Positions 51,097 to 60,570 of a DNA stretch of 64,000 nucleotides are shown here, piece by piece. The first letter of the stretch is position 1. Every line of letters starts with the position of its first letter. The translations under genes were made by a program, and so were the position numbers. Origin of the DNA: a virus; IMG/VR virus record IMGVR_UViG_3300010396_000037; one strand, given 5' to 3'. A model generated the notes under the pieces. That model ran no database searches. It saw only the letters and a program-made list of their open reading frames with translations, and had not been told where the DNA came from.

Positions 51097-53736
51097 ATGA
51101 CAACTCCTGTTTTTACAGATACTATCCTATACACAGTAAACAATGTTTCATATCCCAGATTTGAAGAAGCTTTGGCTGCGTCTCAAAGTCTTTCATTGCC
51201 TGTAACTATTACAGCATCTGGTTCTCTTGTTATTTCAGATGCAACATCTAATACAACTCCTCCAGCGAACACAACACCAGACCCACCTGTAGCCAATGTG
51301 TCATCCAACGTGGTTGCCAGTGTGCATGTGGTTTGTTCTAACCAAACTGTTACTTTCACGGATCAATCAGTAAGTGCTCTGCCTTTGACATCTGTTACAG
51401 TTGGATACGGATTGGGCGGAACTGCTAAGGAAATCGGAGCTGGTGGTTCAGCTACAAAAGATTATCCAAATCCAGGAACATTTAATGCTGCACTTGTATC
51501 CACAGACAGTAGTGGCGTCAAGAGCACAGTTCTTTTCCGTGTAACAGTGCCCGGAACGAGTGATAATGTTTACACGGCAGGTGCTCCAACATCTCCACCT
51601 ACTGGTAACACTAGCAGCAACACAAGTAGCAATACTGGCGGCACGAGTGGTTCCCCTCCAGTGGCGTCATTTAAGATCACCCAAGATGGTTTGACAGTGA
51701 CGTTGACCGACACCAGCACTGACAAGGACGCCGACATTGTTGACGTGGCTGTGAATTGGGGCGATGGCGCATTGGATCCAGATATTGGCAAGGGCGCAGT
51801 TGTTTCTCATACATATGCCCAGAATGGATCCTACACTATCTTAGAATCAGTTGCAGATTCAACAGGAAACACCAGCAAGGTATCTAAGGATGTATATGCA
51901 GTTCCTGCTAATACACCTGCGACAGCTGACTTTGATGTGGTGGTAAACGGACTTGATATCGTAGTGACCGATAAGTCACAACGTGGTAGTGTTCCATTGG
52001 CTACCGCCGTATGGCAATGGGGAGATTTCCCTGGTTCAAGCCCAACAGTGCCGCCAGGTGGTACAATGCGACATGGCTTTGATGTTGCTGGTACTTACCC
52101 AGTCATGATGCGAATTTCAGACGCTTCTGGCAGTGGTGCTGCTGTAACTAAACAAGTCACTGTATCTGGTGTGCGTGCGGCTCCATTAAACATTCCATCA
52201 CCTGACTCTGTTACAGTGGTGTGGACTCCAGTAGGTGGTACTCCAATCACCATCAATCCAAAATTGGGCGAATGCGTACCATTCGTTGCTGGAGACCCAA
52301 CCAAAGGTGGCGCCAAATATTATGCAGATGGTCTATGTGTAACTCTAGAAAACATGTACGCAGGGACCACTGGTGACTTGTCTGGTCATTTCACTATCAC
52401 TGCCGCTGGTGTTACCGTATTCGATGGTGACCTGACTCTGTATGTTGGAGCTGGTTCACGACCATTCTGGTTACGAACACCAACTTTGGTAACAGACCCA
52501 GATCTATCATTGTTCCCTGAATTGGTTGATGCTCCAACTGCCAGCATGTGGAATTCATACCATGCTGCTGATAATAGTCCAACTGGTTATGGTTGCGATA
52601 TCTCAGCTATGGGTACTGCTGGTGAACATGCGCATTTAGGACAACCATATCCTCAGTGGGATGCTTGCCATCGTACCAACCCTAGTGATCAAAATACCGA
52701 AGTTGTACTTGGCATGGCTAACGCTTCACGTGTATGGAGTTCGCATTGGCGTGATATCACTACTGGTCAGATGATTGATGTTACACAGTATCCTAAGATC
52801 AGCACCTTGTCAGCATTCCGAGGTATCCAAGGCAATCCAATTGCACCATATACAACTAGCAATCCAACACAGTTGGGACAAGCGCAAGCTCATGCTACCA
52901 ACTTCTGTGCATATGCTGCAGTGGTATTCGGTACTGAATATCACAAAGAGGAGTTGGCGATGTGGAGTAATTACTACTCCGCATTGTGGCAGAACTATGC
53001 TTATCGTTTACCTGCTGGTTGTGTAAGTGTACAGCATGGTATCGTGCGTGGTAAAGGCCGTGGACTGACTGCATTGGTGTATGCTGCAAAATACTCCAGC
53101 AATCCAGCTTACTTTGACAAATGGGTTCTGGCTATTGCAGCTGATTACAATGCATTCTATCCAGCGCAACAAGGTTTTGCTATTGATCAGACAGCCAAAG
53201 GACAAGGATATCCTCATCAGGAATATGCTCCATGGCAACAACAAATCCTGATCACGGGTATTGGATTGGCTATGTTGGCTGGTTACAGTGAATTTCAACC
53301 GACCTTGGATTATTTCGCTACAGTTGCATTTGACGCGATCCTAAGCGATGGTGCTCAACCTGTATTGCAACACGAGTTTGCTACTGTGTACAATTCAGGA
53401 TTGATACGCGCAGATGGTTCAGGTCCTGTCTCTGACTGGCGTGAAAGTATCAACTTGGCTGGTACTTATGATGCTGCTGTTGCTGCCGCATTGTTGTGTC
53501 CAGAAGACTCTGCCGCATTGCAGTCTGCTAAAGGTGGTGGACAACCAGGTAACTTTATTGGATCACCAACTTCTCCAGTGGGGTATCCTGCTATCGCACG
53601 TCCATCATATGCGTTGTTGTTCCGATTTGCTACTGACCAAGTGCGCGCACAAGCAGCTGGTCAAAAATTTGAACAATATGATGTAGCTGATTATTCAACC
53701 AACCCAAAGTATGGATACAAGTTCATCACTAAGTAA
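51097..53736 (+). CDS. PKD-domain virion protein with a large C-terminal helical domain
   Basis: Three PKD-like repeats (PVASF...VTLTDTSTD...WGDG...HTYA..GSYTI); late promoters at 51038 and 51051. Confidence 0.75.
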   Translation: MTTPVFTDTILYTVNNVSYPRFEEALAASQSLSLPVTITASGSLVISDATSNTTPPANTTPDPPVANVSSNVVASVHVVCSNQTVTFTDQSVSALPLTSVTVGYGLGGTAKEIGAGGSATKDYPNPGTFNAALVSTDSSGVKSTVLFRVTVPGTSDNVYTAGAPTSPPTGNTSSNTSSNTGGTSGSPPVASFKITQDGLTVTLTDTSTDKDADIVDVAVNWGDGALDPDIGKGAVVSHTYAQNGSYTILESVADSTGNTSKVSKDVYAVPANTPATADFDVVVNGLDIVVTDKSQRGSVPLATAVWQWGDFPGSSPTVPPGGTMRHGFDVAGTYPVMMRISDASGSGAAVTKQVTVSGVRAAPLNIPSPDSVTVVWTPVGGTPITINPKLGECVPFVAGDPTKGGAKYYADGLCVTLENMYAGTTGDLSGHFTITAAGVTVFDGDLTLYVGAGSRPFWLRTPTLVTDPDLSLFPELVDAPTASMWNSYHAADNSPTGYGCDISAMGTAGEHAHLGQPYPQWDACHRTNPSDQNTEVVLGMANASRVWSSHWRDITTGQMIDVTQYPKISTLSAFRGIQGNPIAPYTTSNPTQLGQAQAHATNFCAYAAVVFGTEYHKEELAMWSNYYSALWQNYAYRLPAGCVSVQHGIVRGKGRGLTALVYAAKYSSNPAYFDKWVLAIAADYNAFYPAQQGFAIDQTAKGQGYPHQEYAPWQQQILITGIGLAMLAGYSEFQPTLDYFATVAFDAILSDGAQPVLQHEFATVYNSGLIRADGSGPVSDWRESINLAGTYDAAVAAALLCPEDSAALQSAKGGGQPGNFIGSPTSPVGYPAIARPSYALLFRFATDQVRAQAAGQKFEQYDVADYSTNPKYGYKFITK

Positions 53737-53760
53737 TTGTTGTTGATCAATGTTGTTAGC

Positions 53761-53790
53761 ATAAGCAGCCCAGGCAACTTGGCTGCTTAT
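53761..53790. terminator. Hairpin terminator after the structural operon
   Basis: ATAAGCAGCC...GGCTGCTTAT. Confidence 0.7.
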
Positions 53791-53814
53791 TGCTATTCGC
53801 CAGAGGTTTGCCAT

Positions 53815-53855
53815 TTAACATCCGTTAAGCTCTCTTCCAATTTTTCAGGTATAAT
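53815..53855 (+). promoter_or_regulatory. TTAAC-ATCC-GTTAA...TATAAT promoter
   Basis: Repeated family. Confidence 0.8.
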
Positions 53856-53887
53856 AATTCTTGTTGGAACAGCCATTGGAGTTTAAA

Positions 53888-55595
53888 ATGAAAGCTTTCG
53901 TGATTGCTCTAGTTTTGGTGACTGCTAACGCTTTTGCTGCGCCAGTTTCCTCAACCATTTCAGCTTTCAAGTTGAGCCATGTCCCTTCGGTTGCTGTTTC
54001 CGTTGTGACTTCTGAACCTGGTGAAAGTTTGAAGCAGTTTTTGATGAATCAGGTCCGTCCTGCTTTGCGTGGCTTCACTGATAAGACCGACTTGGAAGGG
54101 TGCGGTGAAGTGGCTTTTAACTCGGCCACCAAGCAATATTCGGTGATGCTGTTCTCAAGCAAGAGCCATCTGGCTTGCGTTGTTGACTCTAACAAAGTTG
54201 AGGCTGGGTTCTCTGCCTTGAATGTTAGCATCCACTCACACGGTTTTCCTTCCCCCTTCACGGTGAATCGCGCTGATCGTGTATTTACTGGTCTGGAAAA
54301 TGATAGTCGTCCCTTGATGATTGGTGGCGAGAATGATGAACACTTCTCTGCTACTGACTATGCTGGTGGTGCTGGTTTCTTGGCCACTCCAACCACGGTT
54401 CGCTTTCAGAATGGTTCGGCTGGTTCTGAATGCGATGTGAAAACTGTTACTTGCGCTACCAAGTTCTGAGGACAACACCATGAAAATTCAACTGAATCCT
54501 GCTGGACACAAAAGTTTGCAAGAATTTGCCAAAGTGAATGATCTTGTATTGGAAGTAAATGAAAGGGAACCAGAATTTCTTGCTGGTAGAAAATTGCCTC
54601 GCTATTATGTTGAGTTTCAGCGATGCGAAATCAAAGATGACTACATCCTGACTTCTGCCACTGGTAATGGCGACACCATTGAAGAAGCTTTGGCAGATTA
54701 TGCTAAGCAGATCAGTAGAAAGCAACTGGTGTTCAATGCGTATGACCAAGACACTCGGCGAGTGATTTACGCTCCTTCGCTGTATTTTGAATGAATTCAG
54801 AGGAGAATAACAATGAGAATGATTGACGGATTAAAAGTTGAATTCATCCCATACGATACCTATTTTTCATCTTTAGCGACAGACTCAATGGGCGCTGTGG
54901 CGAAAGAAACAGGAGCTGATGTTGTGTGTCTACTTTCAAAACATGTTCAGGAAGAAGATGTGACGGATGGTGAAATACGCAATCTTCTTGAAGCTGCGAA
55001 AGAAGCAAAGAAGGCACGCCATGATTAAGAAATATCGCATTACGTCTGGTATGGATTTAGAGCTAACTTTGGGCATCGACACAGATGTCTTGTCTGAAGA
55101 ACTCGCGCATGAAATCAATGATTTTTGGGCTGGAGCAGACGAAATCCTTGAAGCATCTGATAATGATGTCTATCAAGCAGTTGTTCGACGTGCCGCTAAT
55201 CCGATTTGGAATGAGTTGTTGAATGACTGGGATGGAGTCTGGGCATTGGAACAACTTGGTAAGTCAGAGGGGTGGCCTGAAAGACATGGCATCACTATAC
55301 TCGACTATGAGTTGCCTGATCGTGATCAATGCAGTCTGGACGTGACGCAATTACCATGAATATCAACGACGCACTACCATTAACAGCTGTTCAGTTGAAT
55401 ATGATCGATGGATATGATACCAGTGAAATGGTGGTACTGCAATTATATGGGGTTACTCATGACACGGACAATCTCTTTGGTATCTTCAGAGATATGGATA
55501 CTGCAAAAGAGATAGGACGCCTGATGGTGGCCATCCATCCTGACATGTACATGACATTTGCTGCTATTTCCAACCAGAGTCCTACGGGTTGTTAA
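53888..55595 (+). CDS. Early hypothetical genes (53888-54469 exported, with HSH...FSATD; 54480-54794; 54813-55028; 55021-55359; ~55356-55595)
   Basis: RBS-bearing coupled ORFs. Confidence 0.6.
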
Positions 55596-55851
55596 GGTTT
55601 CATCAGTTCAGTGGTGAAATCAATTACAACATCTAAATTCTCAATCGTGGCGGCACCTTGCATTTTGATCTTGCCATCAGGTCCGCTGGCACAGAATGAG
55701 AAGTCTGAATTGGAATTCTCTCCAACTTCAAGAATGGCCCAAGCGCCATCTGTTGTATTCCAACACAGGTCCAGAATACCAGCTTCTGTGTCATGGTATT
55801 GTTCTGGACTTGGTTCTGAATATTTCCTGCTCTTGAGATAATCTATCACAT

Positions 55852-56466
55852 TCATTGAATATGTTCCAACTGTTGTGTCGAGAATGACAAAGGATAAGCG
55901 CAGGCGAATCCGATGTAATCATGATTGTCAGACAGGGAGGCTATACAAGTGATGGTTGTGATGATTTCTCCTTGTTGATTGAAAATAGCTGAACCAGAGT
56001 CCCCATAGAAACTTGGTAGTTGAAACATCATCATTACTGCGCGTGATCCTACATGTGATAGTCCTGAATACACACCAGTCCTATACAACTGATCCAAACG
56101 CCCAGGAGCGCCAGCGATAAACACTTCCTGACCCAATTGTAAAGGTTGTTGACTAATACTAGCCCAGTTCTTAAAAGTGTATCCCAAAATAACGATCACA
56201 TGATCTTTGGTATCATATGTTTTATGCTTAACGGGTACAACTTTGTCTTTGGAATCCACAGCAAGTGAAGAAGTGTTCTTGTCAACACAATGAGATGCGG
56301 TTAATATAGTATGAGGTCCAACTGCAACAGAATTACAATCACTGCCGTCAGCAAACCAGATTTGATGTGTCACAGATATCAATGAAACAGGGAAGTCTGC
56401 TCTCTGTTGAATTGAACAGCATGAACATAACAAAAGTAGCAGTATAGCTATCAACAACTTCTTCAT
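55852..56466 (-). CDS. Trypsin-like serine protease, probable lipoprotein
   Basis: ILTASHC (His), D-H (Asp), GDSGS (Ser); signal with LCSC; minus-strand late promoter at 56492-56499. Confidence 0.88.
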   Translation of the reverse strand: MKKLLIAILLLLLCSCCSIQQRADFPVSLISVTHQIWFADGSDCNSVAVGPHTILTASHCVDKNTSSLAVDSKDKVVPVKHKTYDTKDHVIVILGYTFKNWASISQQPLQLGQEVFIAGAPGRLDQLYRTGVYSGLSHVGSRAVMMMFQLPSFYGDSGSAIFNQQGEIITTITCIASLSDNHDYIGFACAYPLSFSTQQLEHIQ

Positions 56467-56544
56467 GGTTGTTCCCTATTCAAGCCAAAATTATTTAGTT
56501 TAGTAAAAAAATTGTCAATACATGCAGCATTTTTTGAATTCACC

Positions 56545-56613
56545 TATAAATAGAATACTCGCGAGCTGTCATTTATCATCCGTTAATAAATTTTCATCAA
56601 ACACGGGTATAAT
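56545..56613 (+). promoter_or_regulatory. Tandem late (TATAAATA 56545) and palindrome-TATAAT (56573-56613) promoters heading the RNA array
   Basis: Exact or near-exact matches to both promoter families. Confidence 0.75.
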
Positions 56614-56714
56614 AGTCCTCGTGTTAAGGGTTAAAGCGAAATGCTGAACCCAGCTGTAAAATTCAAGCTACTTTGAAAACTGATCAAATTTCACTTGTCC
56701 ACTCGCAAGAGTGG

Positions 56715-56843
56715 ACATTAGAAAGGGTTCGCCGATATTAGAGCTGATAACTGAACACGACTAGCAAATCGATTCAGGAATAAGCTGCTCGGCTAGGAGG
56801 AATCTGGAAACAGAAATACCAGCGGATGAATCCTTTCTAATGT
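56715..56843 (+). ncRNA. Unassigned structured RNA (~130 nt)
   Basis: ACATTAGAAAGGGTTCG / TGAATCCTTTCTAATGT terminal helix with internal hairpins. Confidence 0.55.
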
Positions 56844-56847
56844 ATAT

Positions 56848-56933
56848 GGGTGTCAGGGAGAGGTCTCCCACGCAGTCTGTAAAACTGCTGCCTCACAAGG
56901 GCAATCTAGGATCGTTACCTAGGGCACCCACCA
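56848..56933 (+). tRNA. tRNA-Tyr(GTA)
   Basis: GCAGT-ct GTA aa-ACTGC, variable arm, CCA; T-loop ATCGTTA. Confidence 0.85.
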
Positions 56934-57025
56934 ATTTATGGCCTGAAAGCTTGTAAGTCCATGCCGAATTACAACATGGCGTTGAAAACGTAAGCGGGAG
57001 AATGGCCCGCCAAGGCAACCAAATG

Positions 57026-57123
57026 CAGTAAATGTAACAGTGCTGGATGAACGGCTAAGTCGCCCCATTAAAGGGGAGATCCTAGGTTCGAGTCCTAGGG
57101 AATAACACTGATAACATTTGCTG
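57026..57123 (+). ncRNA. tRNA-like element inside an extended stem, no CCA
   Basis: D-arm, CCCC-attaaa-GGGG arm and CTAGG-TTCGAGT-CCTAG T-arm, closed by CAGTAAATGT..CAGTG / CACTG..ACATTTGCTG. Confidence 0.55.
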
Positions 57124-57125
57124 AA

Positions 57126-57437
57126 GTCAGAGGATAATGGATGGCCGTCCGGCATCCTCTGGCGGATCTATCTGGATCACAAGAGGGTAGCGGCACAGAT
57201 AAACCGTCCTGGCGTGATCCTGTTCTTTGCTCATTGTAAGATGTAAATGAGCTATATCGGTGAGGTTTGCTGCAATCTCACACGTGACCTAAACTGGCAG
57301 CATTTAAGTAAAGTTGATGTATCTGGACCTCGAGACGGAACATAGCAAAATCTGTGTTCAAATAGAATGACCGGATAGCGCCGGATCACGGGGTAGAACG
57401 TTACCAGATGGGAGCTGAGCATCTCATAAAACTGCTC
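57126..57437 (+). ncRNA. Unassigned multi-pseudoknot structured RNA (~310 nt)
   Basis: Several helices and loop-distal complementarities (see findings). Confidence 0.65.
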
Positions 57438-57445
57438 TTGAATTT

Positions 57446-57518
57446 GGGGCGTGAGCAGATGGCGAGCAACCGCACTGTCTATGCGGTGAAAGGGTTTCGA
57501 ATACCCTACGTCCCGCCA
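57446..57518 (+). tRNA. tRNA-Asp(GTC)
   Basis: CCGCA-ct GTC ta-TGCGG; GCCA end. Confidence 0.85.
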
Positions 57519-57652
57519 AATTGAGGTGGCACTTGTCTCTTCAGACAGAGCTCCTGAATGTGAGACAATGAGTTGGGATCAGAGAATCCGCGAACTCAAC
57601 ACAATTTATGTGCGCACCCGCCAGCTTTTAGAGTGGTCTAGGTAGCGGCAAT

Positions 57653-57727
57653 GAACCACGACGCAGCTGGTGTGGCGGAGAGGCTTTCACCCTCTTGAGA
57701 TGGGATCGAAACCCATGTGGTTCTCCA
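57653..57727 (+). tRNA. tRNA-Glu(TTC)
   Basis: AGAGG-ct TTC ac-CCTCT; GAACCAC/GTGGTTC; CCA. Confidence 0.85.
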
Positions 57728-57816
57728 ATTTTTGTAAAAGTTGTAGTATACTTGAAAGAATTCAGTGGGCGCATCCTCGGCTCCTACAAATTGTTGCACA
57801 CAGAGAATCAATTTAA

Positions 57817-57894
57817 CGGAGTGTAGCTCAGTCTGGCTAGAGCATCTGCTTTGGGAGCAGAGGGTCGCAGGTTCGAATCCTGTTTCTCCGACCA
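57817..57894 (+). tRNA. tRNA-Pro(TGG)
   Basis: Canonical cloverleaf, CCA. Confidence 0.95.
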
Positions 57895-57898
57895 ATAT

Positions 57899-57975
57899 CA
57901 GGGTATAGTTCAGTCTAGTAGAATACTCGGCCTGGAACCGAGAGGTCGTTGGAGCGAAGCCAACTGCCCTGACCA
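57899..57975 (+). tRNA. tRNA-Pro(TGG), variant (C33, A37, T-loop AGCGAAG)
   Basis: CTCGG-cc TGG aa-CCGAG; CCA. Confidence 0.8.
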
Positions 57976-58061
57976 ATAAAAAAGATACAAGATAGCCGTC
58001 AACTGGGCAACTCCTTTCCCAGTTGCCTTTGAACCGGAACTTGTATTGATGGAGAAGAACT

Positions 58062-58135
58062 GGGCTGCAAGCATTAAAGTGATGCAGCGGGCCTTTAACC
58101 CGCAGAACAGAGAGCGTTACTCTGGCGGCCCACCA
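58062..58135 (+). tRNA. tRNA-Lys(TTT), variant (C33, T-loop AGCGTTA)
   Basis: GCGGG-cc TTT aa-CCCGC; CCA. Confidence 0.8.
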
Positions 58136-58159
58136 AATATGCAGCAGAGGAGAATTGCC

Positions 58160-58396
58160 ATGAACACTTATAAGAGTCCAGCGACATATTTTTCTCCATA
58201 TTCTGTTGTTTCTGGTGTGAACGCTGATATTGCTCGTCATAGAGACGCGATTAAGGATATGGAAGAAAGGCGCGAAGAGGAAATTCGGAATTCTGGATAC
58301 AGTACAGATATTGCCCGTCATTATGAATTCTTTATAAGATTGGCAAAGGATAGTCTTGCAATTGTGACTGATAAAGGTCTTGGCAGAAAGAAGTAA
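58160..58396 (+). CDS. Small hypothetical protein inside the tRNA array
   Basis: GAGGAG RBS; internal repeat DIARH. Confidence 0.6.
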   Translation: MNTYKSPATYFSPYSVVSGVNADIARHRDAIKDMEERREEEIRNSGYSTDIARHYEFFIRLAKDSLAIVTDKGLGRKK

Positions 58397-58582
58397 TTTA
58401 GAGTCAGAACTGAATTTGGTGATGGGCGTTTCCCACAAGAACCTTTCAGCAGGGGGAAACTTAAATGGCCTGTAGCCTGCCAACTCGTTTTTTTTAGTCT
58501 CGAGAAACGGGTAGTCCGTTAGCTGCTAGCCATAGCTGGCAGTTTTCTGATGGTGCAACTCCATCAATCTTTACAACGCTGT

Positions 58583-58657
58583 GGGGATTGTAGTTCAATG
58601 GTAGAATCTCCGGCTGTGAACCGGAAGACTCAAGATCGATACTTGACTTTCCCCCCA
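58583..58657 (+). tRNA. tRNA-His(GTG)
   Basis: TCCGG-ct GTG aa-CCGGA; G-1:C73; CCA. Confidence 0.85.
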
Positions 58658-58663
58658 ATTTAT

Positions 58664-58737
58664 GGGTCTGTAGCTCAAAGGTAGAGCAGAGAGCTGTTAA
58701 CTCTCCGACCAGGGATCATTACCCTGCTGGCCCGCCA
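58664..58737 (+). tRNA. tRNA-Asn(GTT)
   Basis: GAGAG-ct GTT aa-CTCTC; GCCA. Confidence 0.87.
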
Positions 58738-58741
58738 ATTT

Positions 58742-58817
58742 GGAACCGTAACTCAATTGTGTAGAGACACGCCTTTTAAGCGGAATGATGAGGGTTCGAG
58801 TCCCTCCGGTTTCACCA
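58742..58817 (+). tRNA. tRNA-Lys(TTT), short anticodon stem
   Basis: CGC-ct TTT aa-GCG; canonical T-arm; CCA. Confidence 0.8.
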
Positions 58818-58974
58818 GATTTATAGAATGGACGTGCATAACGTCCAATAGCAGGTTGAGTCTTGAAAACTCCTTTGCCTGCGAGTTTGTCAACTGACTT
58901 GACGGAAAGTTGATGAGCGATTAGTCAATGAAATTCAACTGCGTCAACAGATGAATGAATTGACTCATTATTTT

Positions 58975-59048
58975 GGGCTCATAGTACAATGAGAGTACAC
59001 TGCGCTTGCACCGCGGAGATTAGGGTTTGATTCCCTATGGGTCCACCA
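58975..59048 (+). tRNA. tRNA-Ala(TGC)
   Basis: G3-U70; CTGCG-ct TGC ac-CGCGG; CCA. Confidence 0.9.
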
Positions 59049-59050
59049 AT

Positions 59051-59091
59051 TTAACAAGCGTTAATTTTTATTTGCTGAATCAAGGTATAAT
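59051..59091 (+). promoter_or_regulatory. TTAAC-AAGC-GTTAA...TATAAT promoter for ORF ~59107-59352
   Basis: Repeated family. Confidence 0.75.
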
Positions 59092-59356
59092 TATCAATTC
59101 ACATTGATGAAGAATACCATGAATACGATACCTACCACGCTTGAATCATTCAAACGATTGGTTGCAAGTTTTTGTAAGAAAGCTGCTGAATGTGATTCGT
59201 TGGAGAGTTTGGATGCTGGTTTCAAGACTGTCTCATTAGGATATCTTGGATTGCAGAGTGATTCATCTGCGGACGCTCTGATCTCGCAATCATATCTAGA
59301 GTATGCATCAAACAGATATGCAGAAAACGAAGTTAGATTGTTACAGAAATAAATTT

Positions 59357-59444
59357 GCCGGTGTGGTGGAATTGGTAGTCACGCTGGACTCAAAATCCAG
59401 TGCCCTCAAAAGGCGTGTCGGTTCGAGTCCGACCATCGGTACCA
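59357..59444 (+). tRNA. tRNA-Leu(CAA)
   Basis: CTGGA-ct CAA aa-TCCAG; variable arm; CCA. Confidence 0.93.
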
Positions 59445-59522
59445 AATTTCATGTATCAGTCCCAGTTAATACGTTAGGCTGATTTAATTCCTAGGTCGGT
59501 GTAGGAGCATGAAAAATACAAT

Positions 59523-59612
59523 GGAGAATGAAGCAGAGCGGCCTCTGCCACCGCCTTGAAAGCGGATGGTCCGGGAAACCGGATGGTGATCGACACAGCC
59601 CGTTCTCCGCCA
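59523..59612 (+). tRNA. tRNA-Ser(TGA)
   Basis: CCGC-ct TGA aa-GCGG; long variable arm; atypical T-arm; GCCA. Confidence 0.8.
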
Positions 59613-59616
59613 ACTT

Positions 59617-59707
59617 GGAGGATTACCTGACGCAGTCGTCAGCATCGCCTGGAAAGCGATCGGTTCGGTGCAAACCGAATGGGAGGCGGCATCTCAATTC
59701 TCCGCCA
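59617..59707 (+). tRNA. tRNA-Ser(GGA)
   Basis: ATCGC-ct GGA aa-GCGAT; long variable arm; atypical T-loop; GCCA. Confidence 0.8.
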
Positions 59708-59775
59708 CTTACTTTTTTGAATCTTGTGTAGTATAATAACTGTTCTGTTCAACAACATCATTATGGAGAAGTTCT

Positions 59776-60051
59776 ATGAATCAGTCCAAACAATATTTGG
59801 TCATGCGTAAGCAACATTCTGCTGGACATAACACCCGTTTTCTGACCACCTTCGGATCATTTCGGTATAAAGCAGAACTGCAAGGTGGAGAAGAGTTCGT
59901 TATTGTTCCATATAAAAAAGCTGTCAAGTTCACAAATGAATTCCAACAAGAAAGTTATCAAGTTGCTAAGAATCTAAAAAGGAAACTTGGCAGTGCAGGG
60001 AAGTCTTTCGGCGTCCGTCCCGATTTCTTTTTTGCTCCAAAGGAAGTCTAA
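59776..60051 (+). CDS. Small basic hypothetical protein
   Basis: TATAAT and GGAG upstream. Confidence 0.6.
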   Translation: MNQSKQYLVMRKQHSAGHNTRFLTTFGSFRYKAELQGGEEFVIVPYKKAVKFTNEFQQESYQVAKNLKRKLGSAGKSFGVRPDFFFAPKEV

Positions 60052-60059
60052 ACAAATTC

Positions 60060-60134
60060 GGGTTGCTAACTCAACTGGTAGAGTCACGCCTCTTAAGCGG
60101 AAAGATCGGGATTCGACTTCCCGGCAACCCACCA
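60060..60134 (+). tRNA. tRNA-Lys(CTT)
   Basis: CGC-ct CTT aa-GCG; CCA. Confidence 0.82.
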
Positions 60135-60141
60135 AATTTAT

Positions 60142-60215
60142 GGCCAGATGGCAGAGTGGTTATGCAGTCGCCTGCAAAACTTCGTACGTCGGTTCGATTC
60201 CGACTCTGGCTTCCA
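60142..60215 (+). tRNA. tRNA-Cys(GCA), poorly paired anticodon stem
   Basis: Canonical acceptor, D and T arms, U73-CCA; GTCGC/ACTTC stem mostly mismatched. Confidence 0.7.
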
Positions 60216-60489
60216 ATTCGTTAAGCTTCTGTTAAGAATTATAGCATTATAATACCTGGTTCCACAACCACAGGACCAAATAGTGAAAACTCTTGAAGGC
60301 TTGTACGAAGATTGTCGTTCCTACATTGGTTTGAATCCAGTTGAAATGACTTCAAGTGATGCACTGGCGTTGTATGCCTTTGTTGAACAGTACACAACAA
60401 TGGCAAAGGTTCCGAAGGAAGTCATTGATGCTGCACAAAAGGTGGCCAACAAATTGCAAGAGTTACACATTCAAGTATAAATAAATGTA

Positions 60490-60563
60490 GAGCGTGTGGT
60501 ATATTGATTGTGCCACGGTCTTCCAAACCGTCGAAGCGGGTTTGATTCCCGTCATGCTCTCCA
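60490..60563 (+). tRNA. tRNA-Gly(TCC)
   Basis: ACGGT-ct TCC aa-ACCGT; TCCA. Confidence 0.85.
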
Positions 60564-60570
60564 AATTCGT

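Noticed and set aside
345-53686. Numerous minus-strand and alternate-frame ORFs inside long genes (e.g. 4368-4985, 30051-30662, 39677-40261)
   Set aside because: Antisense or frame shadows of well-supported genes
56744-56782. Hammerhead ribozyme (CTGATAA...GAAT)
   Set aside because: The core deviates from CUGANGA/GAAA, and no stem I/III with a cleavage triplet was found
59071-59091. TTTGCTGAAT before TATAAT (also ~34439 and ~61121) as a T4 MotA box
   Set aside because: Too close to the -10 compared with MotA spacing, and present in only three copies
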